Shown here: positions 36,424 to 45,274 of the stretch, piece by piece
Numbering within the stretch: the first letter of the stretch is position 1
Layout: each line of letters opens with the position of its first letter
NCBI GenBank assembly: GCA_035316905.1
Contig: DATHIE010000043.1
Span: forward strand, 1 to 56,996
DNA from: Chryseolinea sp.
GTDB taxonomy: Bacteria > Bacteroidota > Bacteroidia > Cytophagales > Cyclobacteriaceae
Direction of reading: 5' to 3'
DNA: 56,996 bases
Translations under genes and position numbers: made by a program
Notes under the pieces: model-generated
What the model was told of the DNA's origin: nothing
The model's input: only the letters and a program-made list of their open reading frames with translations
Databases searched by the model: none

Positions 36424-37575
36424 ATGCAGAAAGTATTCGAGGATATTGTATCGGTGATCAAGGGTGCGTTTCCCGGACAGGCATTCATTCCGCTACACGC
36501 ACCCGTCTTTCCGGGCAATGAACAGAAGTATTTGCTGGACGCAATTGATTCGACGTATGTCTCATCCGTTGGACCTTATGTGAATAAGTTTGAGCAGATG
36601 ATGTGCGATATCACCGGTGCATCACACGCCGTGGCGATCGTTAATGGCACCAATGCATTGCACCTGGCCTTGATCCTTGCGGGCGTTGAGCGGGAGGATG
36701 AAGTCCTTTCACAGAGCCTCACGTTCATTGCGACGTGCAACGCGATCAGTTACCTCTCCGCTACGCCTGTCTTTGTCGATGTCGATAAAGATACGATTGG
36801 GCTATCTCCCGATTCCTTGAGACAGTTTCTCGATAAAAATGCCAGGATAGGTCAGGATGGATTCTGCTACAACAAGCAGTCAGGGAAACGAATAAAGGCA
36901 TGTGTCCCCATGCATACGTTTGGTTTGCCCTGCCGCGTGGATGAGATCGCGCAGATATGTGATCAATGGAATATCATCCTTGTGGAAGACGCGGCTGAAT
37001 CTCTAGGAAGTAGTTATAAAGGAAAGCACACTGGTACCTTTGGCCAGCTCGGCACCTTCAGCTTTAACGGAAACAAGACCGTAACCTGCGGCGGAGGCGG
37101 GGCCATCGTCACTAACGACGAGAAGTTCGCACATCGGGCAAAACATCTAAGTACTCAGGCAAAGGTTCCCCATGCATGGGAATTCGTGCATGATGAGATT
37201 GGATTCAACTACCGGATGCCGAACATCAACGCTGCATTGGCTTGCGCGCAGTTGGAACAACTCAATTCCTTTATGTCGAACAAAAGAGATCTTGCTCAGC
37301 TGTATCATAAGAAGTTCAAATCGCTTAACTTGTCGATCCTCGAAGAAGTAAAAGAGGCAAAATCGAACTACTGGCTAAATGGGATTCTATTCGAAAACAG
37401 GAATCAGCGGGATGAGTTTTTAAAGTACTCGAATGACAATGGAGTCATGACGAGGCCCGTTTGGGAGTTAATGCATCGCCTCAGAATGTTTTCAGGTGGG
37501 AACAATGGACCTCTGCCAAACAGTGAATGGATAGCCGACAGGCTGGTGAATGTTCCCAGCAGTGTAAGGCTGTAG
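36424..37575 (+). CDS. legC: LegC-family PLP aminotransferase
   Basis: IPLH.P.F.GNE..Y....IDST.VSSVG.YV, EDAAESLGS, SFNGNK, YRMPNINAAL. Confidence 0.9.
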   Translation: MQKVFEDIVSVIKGAFPGQAFIPLHAPVFPGNEQKYLLDAIDSTYVSSVGPYVNKFEQMMCDITGASHAVAIVNGTNALHLALILAGVEREDEVLSQSLTFIATCNAISYLSATPVFVDVDKDTIGLSPDSLRQFLDKNARIGQDGFCYNKQSGKRIKACVPMHTFGLPCRVDEIAQICDQWNIILVEDAAESLGSSYKGKHTGTFGQLGTFSFNGNKTVTCGGGGAIVTNDEKFAHRAKHLSTQAKVPHAWEFVHDEIGFNYRMPNINAALACAQLEQLNSFMSNKRDLAQLYHKKFKSLNLSILEEVKEAKSNYWLNGILFENRNQRDEFLKYSNDNGVMTRPVWELMHRLRMFSGGNNGPLPNSEWIADRLVNVPSSVRL

Positions 37576-37621
37576 CAATACAAGCCGAAGTAAAGCTTAA
37601 GTCATAAATATTGAAATAGTA

Positions 37622-38647
37622 ATGGATGGCCATGTTACCATAATTGCTGAAGCTGGTGTCAACCACAATGGTTCTCTTGAAACAGCCCGAGGCCTGATTG
37701 ATGCTGCCTGCGATGCGGGTGCAGACTTCGTAAAATTTCAAACGTTCAAGGCTGAGAAGCTCGTTAGCAAGAATGCAAAAAAGGCTGCCTATCAGCAAAA
37801 GAATATGCCAGATGCTGAAAGCACGCAATACGACATGCTGCGAAAGCTTGAACTTTCTGAAGAAGATCATTTCACACTCAGAGATTATGCCAACCAGAGG
37901 GGTATCCAATTTTTCTCTACCGCGTTTGATGATGATGGATTGGATTTTCTCGATTCCCTTGGTATCAGTATTTTCAAAATACCTTCAGGAGAAATAACCA
38001 ACCTTCCCTATCTAAAAAAAATAGCCAGCAAAAAGAAACCAACCATTCTTTCAACCGGAATGGCAACGCTTGGCGAGATTGAATCGGCGCTGACCGTACT
38101 GCTCGCAAATGGACTGCAGAGAAATCAAATAACGGTACTGCATTGCAACACAGAGTATCCGACGCCTTTTTCGGATGTGAATCTCAAAGCAATGAACACG
38201 ATCGCACAGGCATTTGATGTAAAAGTCGGATACTCTGATCATACTACAGGAATTGAGGTACCTATTGCCGCCGTTGCCATGGGAGCGACCTGCATTGAGA
38301 AACATTTTACGCTGAGCAGAGAAATGGAGGGCCCCGATCATAAGGCTTCCTTAGAGCCTGAAGAATTAAAGGCCATGGTTACAGCCATCCGGAATATTGA
38401 AAAGGCGATCAGCGGGTCCGGTCTAAAAGAACCGTCACCTTCTGAGATAAAAAATAAGGAAGTGGCGCGAAAGAGTATTCATCTAACGAACGATCTTCCG
38501 CAAGGCCATATCTTAAGAGAAGCGGATCTTATCATGAAAAGACCGGGAAACGGCATCAGTCCAATGAACGTTGCCATGGTTCTGGGGAAGAAGCTTAGTC
38601 AGGATCTTCCATCCGATACCATGCTTGCATTTAACCATCTCAGTTGA
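37622..38647 (+). CDS. neuB: Nonulosonate synthase (NeuB/LegI)
   Basis: IAEAGVNHNG, KFQTF, KIPSGEITN, LHCNTEYP, GYSDHT, EKHFTL, DHKASLEP; C-terminal AFP-like KRPG.GISP. Confidence 0.93.
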   Translation: MDGHVTIIAEAGVNHNGSLETARGLIDAACDAGADFVKFQTFKAEKLVSKNAKKAAYQQKNMPDAESTQYDMLRKLELSEEDHFTLRDYANQRGIQFFSTAFDDDGLDFLDSLGISIFKIPSGEITNLPYLKKIASKKKPTILSTGMATLGEIESALTVLLANGLQRNQITVLHCNTEYPTPFSDVNLKAMNTIAQAFDVKVGYSDHTTGIEVPIAAVAMGATCIEKHFTLSREMEGPDHKASLEPEELKAMVTAIRNIEKAISGSGLKEPSPSEIKNKEVARKSIHLTNDLPQGHILREADLIMKRPGNGISPMNVAMVLGKKLSQDLPSDTMLAFNHLS

Positions 38648-38648
38648 T

Positions 38649-39755
38649 ATGAAGCGGATCGGAATTCTTACAAGTTCTCGCGCTGACTATGGTATATACT
38701 TTCCGTTGCTGAAGAAGATTCAATCAGATTCCTTTTTTTCATTGTCGGTTATAGCATTTGGAACACACCTGTCGGTTAAGTTTGGTTATACCGTTGACAG
38801 GATTAAAGAGGATGGATTTACAGTAACCAACGAATTGGATACAATGCCCCCGATTGATTCTCCAGAGGGCATCAGCATAGCGATGGGAAAAACCATTCTT
38901 GCCTTTTCCTCCCTGTGGGCCAAAGAGAAATTCGATGTCGTGCTTTGTCTTGGAGACCGCTACGAAATGTTTGCCGCCTGTGCCAGCTCAGTCCCTTATA
39001 ACGTAAAACTTGCACACCTTCATGGCGGGGAAGAAACTCTTGGCGCCATTGACGATCATCTCCGGCATTCCATTACCCATATGTCCGCCATTCACTTTAC
39101 TGCTGCCGAGCCGTACCGCCAGCGGGTTGTGGCATTAAAAGGTTCTGACAAGAATGTTTTCAATACCGGCTCCCTTAGTATTGACAATCTTAAACACCTC
39201 AAGCCGTTCACCGTTGATGAGTTTAAAAAGCAGTTCAATATCGATCTTTCGATACCAACGATACTCATCACGTTTCATCCTGAAACTGTATCGTATGATA
39301 AAAACGAGCTGTATGTAAATGAGCTGATCGCTGCTCTGGAAGAATTAACCACGTACCAACTTGTGATTACGATGCCAAATGCCGATACGATGGGTAATCT
39401 GATCAGGGAGAAGCTTGAGCAATTTATTGGAAGATCGAAAAACGCGATTAGCGTTGAGTCGTTTGGCTTACTAGGGTATATAAGCTGTATGAAACACTGC
39501 AGCTTTATGCTGGGAAATACTTCAAGTGGTTACATTGAAGCTTCATACTTCCCGAAATACGTCGTTGACCTCGGAACCAGGCAGAATGGAAGAATAGTCA
39601 CCGAAAATATACGGAAGTGTGTCATCGAAAAAACTGCCATCGTGGACGCGGTTAAAGCCTATTCCTCTATGCAGCTCCCATCGAAAATTGATATCTATGG
39701 CAGCGGCCAATCTTCAGACTACATCGTTAAAATATTAAAGGAAAAGAATGATTGA
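38649..39755 (+). CDS. neuC: Hydrolysing NDP-sugar 2-epimerase (NeuC/LegG)
   Basis: TSSRADYG, GTHLS..FG.T, LGDRYE, HLHGGE.T.GAIDD..RH, TFHP, GNTSSG..EA; start moved to ATG 38649. Confidence 0.92.
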   Translation: MKRIGILTSSRADYGIYFPLLKKIQSDSFFSLSVIAFGTHLSVKFGYTVDRIKEDGFTVTNELDTMPPIDSPEGISIAMGKTILAFSSLWAKEKFDVVLCLGDRYEMFAACASSVPYNVKLAHLHGGEETLGAIDDHLRHSITHMSAIHFTAAEPYRQRVVALKGSDKNVFNTGSLSIDNLKHLKPFTVDEFKKQFNIDLSIPTILITFHPETVSYDKNELYVNELIAALEELTTYQLVITMPNADTMGNLIREKLEQFIGRSKNAISVESFGLLGYISCMKHCSFMLGNTSSGYIEASYFPKYVVDLGTRQNGRIVTENIRKCVIEKTAIVDAVKAYSSMQLPSKIDIYGSGQSSDYIVKILKEKND

Positions 39756-40791
39756 TATTGTTAGCCATACCATTCACCAAAATAGCACGGTTACCGACGC
39801 ACTCGTGCAGATGGACAAATTAGGTCAACACCTTACTCTGTTTGTTGTTGACGACGATAACCGGTTAATGGGCACTTTAACTGACGGAGATATCCGCAGA
39901 GGATTGATCAAACGACTTGGATTGCTCGACAAAGTCGAGCTCTTTATGTTTCGCAGTTTCAGCTATGTAACTAAAAATAGTTTTACCGTTCAGGACGTTG
40001 CCAGCATCAAGGAAAAGGGAGTACTGCTGTTGCCAGTTCTTGATGAGGATAAAAGAATTATAAAAATAGCCAACCTCAGCACCACGCAAACCATACTTCC
40101 GCTGGATGTAGTGGTGATGGCCGGAGGAGAGGGCAGACGACTTAGACCACTTACTGAAAAGACCCCCAAACCTCTTCTTAAAGTTGGAGATAAGCCTATC
40201 ATCGAACATAACCTTGACCGGCTTATTCATTTTGGGATTGATGACTACTGGATTTGTATCCGGTATTTGGGCGAGCAATTGCAACAATACTTTGGTAATG
40301 GCGAATCCAAGAACGTATCGATCAACTTTATTTGGGAAGATCAACCGCTTGGAACTATCGGTGCAATCAGGAAGATCAAAGACTTCAAGCACGACTATAT
40401 ACTGGTCACGAATTCCGATTTGCTGACTAACCTTGACTACGAAGGTTTCTTCGTTGATTTTATGACCAATGGCGCTGACTTATCAGTGGCCACAATTCCC
40501 TATTCGGTTAATATCCCATACGCAGTTTTAGACACAGCTAATGGTCATGTTGTCAGCTTCAAGGAAAAACCTACGTATACATATTATTCCAATGCAGGAA
40601 TTTATCTGATGCGAAAGGAAGTGCTCGAACAGATCCCGGACGGTTTCTATAACGCAACCGACCTGATGGAGAAACTTATTCAGGACGGACGCAAAGTAAT
40701 TTCCTATCCGATTATTGGCTACTGGCTGGATGTTGGAAATCCACAAGACTATGCTAAGGCGAATCAGGACATCAAACATTTAAAGTTTTGA
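39748..40791 (+). CDS. CBS-domain nucleotidyltransferase (PtmE/LegX-like)
   Basis: N-terminal CBS pair (TLTDGDIRR) plus MAGGEG.RLRPLT...PKP, PLGT.G, NAGIY, WLDVG. Confidence 0.88.
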   Translation: MIDIVSHTIHQNSTVTDALVQMDKLGQHLTLFVVDDDNRLMGTLTDGDIRRGLIKRLGLLDKVELFMFRSFSYVTKNSFTVQDVASIKEKGVLLLPVLDEDKRIIKIANLSTTQTILPLDVVVMAGGEGRRLRPLTEKTPKPLLKVGDKPIIEHNLDRLIHFGIDDYWICIRYLGEQLQQYFGNGESKNVSINFIWEDQPLGTIGAIRKIKDFKHDYILVTNSDLLTNLDYEGFFVDFMTNGADLSVATIPYSVNIPYAVLDTANGHVVSFKEKPTYTYYSNAGIYLMRKEVLEQIPDGFYNATDLMEKLIQDGRKVISYPIIGYWLDVGNPQDYAKANQDIKHLKF

Positions 40792-41483
40792 AATTCCTTG
40801 CATTAATTCCTGCGCGCGGAGGTTCTAAGGGAATTCCCCACAAAAACATTAAACCCTTTTTCGGCAAGCCATTGATTGGCTACTCCATTGACCTCGCCAG
40901 AAAATTTTTGCCTGATGAAGATATTTGTGTTTCGACTGACGATCGCGAGATAGTCAAAGCAGTTGAGGCCTGCCATTTGCAGGTTCCATTTGTAAGGCCG
41001 CCTTCATTGGCTGGAGATGACGCCGGCATGTATGAAGTGGTTTTACATGCGCTTGATTTTTATGCGCAAAAGGGTAAGACCTATGATGCCTTGATCCTTC
41101 TGCAGCCAACGTCACCGCTTCGTTCAGAGCATTCATTGACGGAGGCCATTAGCTTGTACCATGCAGATGTTGAAATGGTGGTTTCAGTTAAGAAAACTTC
41201 GGCCAATCCTTATTTCAAACTTTATGAGGAAGACCAGCAAGGTTTTTTAGTGAAATCAAAATCGGGAACCTTTAAGACGAGGCAGGAAGCTCCTGACGTT
41301 TGGGAATTAAATGGTGCCATTTACATTTACAACGTTGCAGCGCTGCGTCACTCCTCACCAGCCGAATTCAAGAAAGTTCGGAAGTATGTAATGAATGACA
41401 TCGAGTCGGTAGATATAGACACACCACTGGACTGGGCGATCGCTGAATTTCTAAAACAAAAACAAATCGATGAAAGCAGATAA
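40788..41483 (+). CDS. CMP-nonulosonate synthetase (NeuA/LegF-like cytidylyltransferase)
   Basis: IPARGGSKGIP.KN, STDD, LLQPTSPLR, RQ..P....NGAIY, SVDIDT..D; TTG start overlapping the previous stop. Confidence 0.92.
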   Translation: MKFLALIPARGGSKGIPHKNIKPFFGKPLIGYSIDLARKFLPDEDICVSTDDREIVKAVEACHLQVPFVRPPSLAGDDAGMYEVVLHALDFYAQKGKTYDALILLQPTSPLRSEHSLTEAISLYHADVEMVVSVKKTSANPYFKLYEEDQQGFLVKSKSGTFKTRQEAPDVWELNGAIYIYNVAALRHSSPAEFKKVRKYVMNDIESVDIDTPLDWAIAEFLKQKQIDESR

Positions 41484-42858
41484 TCCAACTGTATATATAG
41501 TTCACCACATTGATACGGAAGGGCCATTGCATGAGCCAATACAAGAGGTATTTAAACGTATTGAAACTATCCTTGGTGTTTCACTCAATCTCTTTCCGTC
41601 TCAGCAAAATCTGAAAAAAATACAGGCGGGCCAACTTGAAAATGTGAGCCCTTCAATTGCAGATGCTGCGAAGGCGATCGCAGACCCGCATCTTCTGGGG
41701 TTCAAATCCTCATGGTCGGAGGTTGACGAAATGTTGTACAGGATGATGAGTAAAGATTACAGGAACTCCCTGCGCGATTCTTTTGGAAATGGCTGGATCT
41801 ATAATTGGCATATTTTAGATCATGTTGGATTTGTAACGAACGAGCGGCGGAGGGACCTGGGATATCTGAATGTTTTTAATCATTACGAACAAATACTTAA
41901 GGAAACAGATTCTGCCCAGGATGAGCTTCACTGGCATTTTCATCCACTGTCGTTCTTCAGGGAAGCACATATTCCTGCTACGAGCTATGAGAATTCATTT
42001 TACGAATTACATCAGGTGATGTGCAGGCGTCTTATAGAAAAGCATTGGTTCCCCAGAATAAACCGCGCTGGATTTCACACCGTACGTCCGGATTCCAACT
42101 TCTTCCTTGAACAATGGATTCCTTTTGACGCCTCTAATCAGAGCATGCCCGAAGAAAACGAGCAGGTGCAGAAGGATGCGATTAACGGAAGATTTGGAGA
42201 TTGGAAGGGAGCTCCGTCAGACTGGTCTGTCTACCATCCGGATCTGTATGATTGGAGAAAGATCGGCAATTTGAAAAGAGTCATTGCCAAATGTCTCAAT
42301 CTCAAAACACGTTTTAGAAATATCAGCGAGCAGGAGTTGGCGATTGCGTTCAGCAAGGCGAAGCGCGAGAATTCCGGAGTTTATGTCGGGATAACCAACC
42401 ACGATTTCCGCGAGATGTCAGTCGAGATAGAATCATTTCATGAACTGCTTACCAGCGTAGCAAAACGTTATCCGGATGTGAAGTACCAATTCAGTCGTGC
42501 CATTGATGCATTCCGCAACGTACTCGGCTATGTGCCTGCAGAAATTCAAGAGAATAGGATAGAAATTAAGGCGCAAATGAACGAGCAGGTGCTTACTGTT
42601 GAAGTGGTCAATGGTGATCTCTTTGGAAGTCAGCCATACCTGGCACTGAAAAGCATTAACGGCACCTACTGGCACGATAACCTTGATTTTGGAAACCCGG
42701 GAAAAGAATTCTTCTATACTTTCGACAGGAACACGATCACGTTAGGAGCGCTAAATACGATCGCGATCGCTGCGAACGACAAATATGGCAATACGTCAAT
42801 TGTAGAGATCGAGCTCGCTAACGGCTCTGTAAAAAGCAACAAACACTATCAACAATAA
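41470..42858 (+). CDS. Hypothetical protein, possible CE4/NodB-like polysaccharide deacetylase fold
   Basis: 462 aa, overlaps the CMP-synthetase stop; IDTEG, ELHWHFH, INRAG and TNHD segments are spaced like NodB motifs (fold is inference). Confidence 0.55.
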   Translation: MKADNPTVYIVHHIDTEGPLHEPIQEVFKRIETILGVSLNLFPSQQNLKKIQAGQLENVSPSIADAAKAIADPHLLGFKSSWSEVDEMLYRMMSKDYRNSLRDSFGNGWIYNWHILDHVGFVTNERRRDLGYLNVFNHYEQILKETDSAQDELHWHFHPLSFFREAHIPATSYENSFYELHQVMCRRLIEKHWFPRINRAGFHTVRPDSNFFLEQWIPFDASNQSMPEENEQVQKDAINGRFGDWKGAPSDWSVYHPDLYDWRKIGNLKRVIAKCLNLKTRFRNISEQELAIAFSKAKRENSGVYVGITNHDFREMSVEIESFHELLTSVAKRYPDVKYQFSRAIDAFRNVLGYVPAEIQENRIEIKAQMNEQVLTVEVVNGDLFGSQPYLALKSINGTYWHDNLDFGNPGKEFFYTFDRNTITLGALNTIAIAANDKYGNTSIVEIELANGSVKSNKHYQQ

Positions 42859-42866
42859 GTGTTGAA

Positions 42867-43694
42867 CTATTTGTTCGATGCGCCTTGGTTATCGGCGTCG
42901 GAAGACTTTCGAAAGTAACCAAGGATATCAGCTCCGAAGCCTTCGCGCTCTGCTTTTGTTTTCGCTGTTACCGAAAATTCGTTCCACCATTCTTTTACAC
43001 TCGCGCCAGAGGGTTCCGATACTTTCTTAAGAATTGCTGCAAATTCATAAAACGAGTTCGTTTGAATTTCCTTCGGATCAGTCAATGCCTGATTCAACCC
43101 TAGGTGTCCCCGTTTTGAAAAATGAAACTTTTGTTCAATGTTAAAACCAAGCGATGGGAGTGCCTGCATCAGCAGTTCAAGATCGATAAATCTGTTCGGA
43201 AAGTTCTTAAGTTTTGCATTGCGTTCGGCAACGAAAGCCAGTGAATCCGAATCGGGGTAATGAGCGCCTTTTGCAGTAAACAGGAATTTGCCACCAGTCT
43301 TTAGAACCCTGTTCATTTCTTTCAAACATTCGATTTGATCTACAATATCGAATACACCCCACGCCACAACATGATCAAAAAAGTCGGATGGGAACGCAAG
43401 CTTTTCAGCCTGGCCTAAGATCGCAATCACATATGGGGTCTTATTCGCTTCATTGACGACCTGCATGTCGACATCAACTCCAAATACCTGCTTTGTAAAA
43501 TTTGCAAATACCGGATATAGCCTTCCATAACTGCATCCAAGGTCCAGAAGCCGATCATTGGGTTGGATCTCTAACAGATTAACGTAGTGGTTGCATACGT
43601 CAAGCCCAGGGATAATTGTGCCATCAAGTGATTTAACGACCGCCTTTTTGAAGTACTCATGGTACTTGACGTCAAATTCAAATTTTTCTTCCAT
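42867..43694 (-). CDS. Class I SAM-dependent methyltransferase
   Basis: LLDLGCSYG, GVD, AEKLAFP...FD.V, EMNRVLKTGG. Confidence 0.88.
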   Translation of the reverse strand: MEEKFEFDVKYHEYFKKAVVKSLDGTIIPGLDVCNHYVNLLEIQPNDRLLDLGCSYGRLYPVFANFTKQVFGVDVDMQVVNEANKTPYVIAILGQAEKLAFPSDFFDHVVAWGVFDIVDQIECLKEMNRVLKTGGKFLFTAKGAHYPDSDSLAFVAERNAKLKNFPNRFIDLELLMQALPSLGFNIEQKFHFSKRGHLGLNQALTDPKEIQTNSFYEFAAILKKVSEPSGASVKEWWNEFSVTAKTKAEREGFGADILGYFRKSSDADNQGASNK

Positions 43695-43828
43695 CAGCTA
43701 TTGGAGCAGTTTAAGATTCGTTCTAGATCGCCTTGTCCGACATAAGTTGCGGCTAATATTTCGACTTATAACCGCTAAAATATTACTATTTTTATTTTTT
43801 AATGTCGACTCGTTAATCATTTCGAATT

Positions 43829-45274
43829 TTGGAAGGCCCCGGTGACTTAGTACTTGACCGAATTCTCAATAAAATAGAAGGAGATTCAAAGATTACAGGG
43901 ATCACCCACGATGGTTCAGGGCTGGCGTTATGGCCATTTATCAGACATCAAACACTGTTTTATTTCACCTTTACCAAACGAAATTTTGCATCGGTGGGTA
44001 AAGGACATACTGCTACCAAATGGCAAGTGGTAAGGACTCTCATTTTTGCTGTTTGGAAAAATGCTTTGATCCTTACCGTGAAACGAAAACCCATCTGGAT
44101 TGTTAATTCGGGAATTACCAATGTTAAAGCGGGTGACAGATACTTCAACCGGCTTGCTGATTATTTTTACCAGGTAAAGCCCGACGACACTATTGAACTG
44201 GAGGAAACTGCATATGGTAAACATTCCCTCCCCCGGATACACAGAAGGGTTTATTCGCATTTATCGATAAGAATTTTAGCAAAAGTTCTTTCCCTTTTTC
44301 TTTACAGATCTGAAAGTGCAGAAGTGCAAACACAGGTCGATCGCTTATTTGCAACTTTACAGGAAAGACTTGCCGATGAAGAGTATGATGCAGAGTTGTT
44401 TAACAAACTTAAATATGAGTTGCTGACAAGATTTCGAACGATCTTAGCAGAGTTTGCGATCTATAAATTTCTATTCAAGCATGGAAAACCAAAGATACTC
44501 TTGGTGGAAGATGCCTCATATGGGTCGAAGTCTCATTTGATAAAAGCCGCGAAAGATCTGGGAATTCCGGTCGCAGAATATCAACATGGCCAGATCAACC
44601 ACCGACATATTGCTTACAATTTTGGGCCATCCGTTGGCAAGTCGTCATATGTAAATTTCTTACCTGACTTTTTTCTAACATTTGGAAGTCTTTGGGGCGA
44701 CATGATTCAACTACCCGTTAAGAAAGTTAACATTGGCAATCCTCACTTATCTGAGTCCGTTGAAACAACGAAAGGAATAACGAAGGAAAAAATCATCCTG
44801 GTCTTGGGCTCGGGCACGAATTCTGAAGAAATGATCGATTGTGTGCTGCGTTTAGCCAAAAGGTATAGATCAATGGGCTATCAGGTAATCTTCAGGCCTC
44901 ATCCGCTTGAATGGGCCACCCTTGATTCAGTCTATAAGCGGGTTCTTGACGAAAAAATTGCGATTGATACTACCTCTAATGTGTATAACTCTTTTCAACG
45001 GGCAGACATTGTCGTATCAGAGTATTCCACGGCTTTGTATGAAGCGAAAGCATTTGTCGACAATGTTTATATAATTCGAAATTATTTCTCGGAGAGTTTC
45101 GGCGATGAATCGACGAATATATTTCCGAATTTGAATGAAAATGCCGACCTGGATCTGACGGGAAACAAAAAGGCAGATGAATCCAATCACCAGCTTTGGG
45201 AACCGAACTGGAAAAAGAACTATCAAGAATTTATTCGTTCGGTTATAAACAGTAATGCAAAAAGCACTATTTAA
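43829..45274 (+). CDS. Putative CMP-nonulosonate (sialyl/legionaminyl) transferase, GT-B
   Basis: EYQHG, PD.FLTFG, IGNP, FRPHP and YSTA.YEA, i.e. the HP and S(S/T) motifs of CMP-sugar transferases; start codon uncertain. Confidence 0.65.
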   Translation: MEGPGDLVLDRILNKIEGDSKITGITHDGSGLALWPFIRHQTLFYFTFTKRNFASVGKGHTATKWQVVRTLIFAVWKNALILTVKRKPIWIVNSGITNVKAGDRYFNRLADYFYQVKPDDTIELEETAYGKHSLPRIHRRVYSHLSIRILAKVLSLFLYRSESAEVQTQVDRLFATLQERLADEEYDAELFNKLKYELLTRFRTILAEFAIYKFLFKHGKPKILLVEDASYGSKSHLIKAAKDLGIPVAEYQHGQINHRHIAYNFGPSVGKSSYVNFLPDFFLTFGSLWGDMIQLPVKKVNIGNPHLSESVETTKGITKEKIILVLGSGTNSEEMIDCVLRLAKRYRSMGYQVIFRPHPLEWATLDSVYKRVLDEKIAIDTTSNVYNSFQRADIVVSEYSTALYEAKAFVDNVYIIRNYFSESFGDESTNIFPNLNENADLDLTGNKKADESNHQLWEPNWKKNYQEFIRSVINSNAKSTI

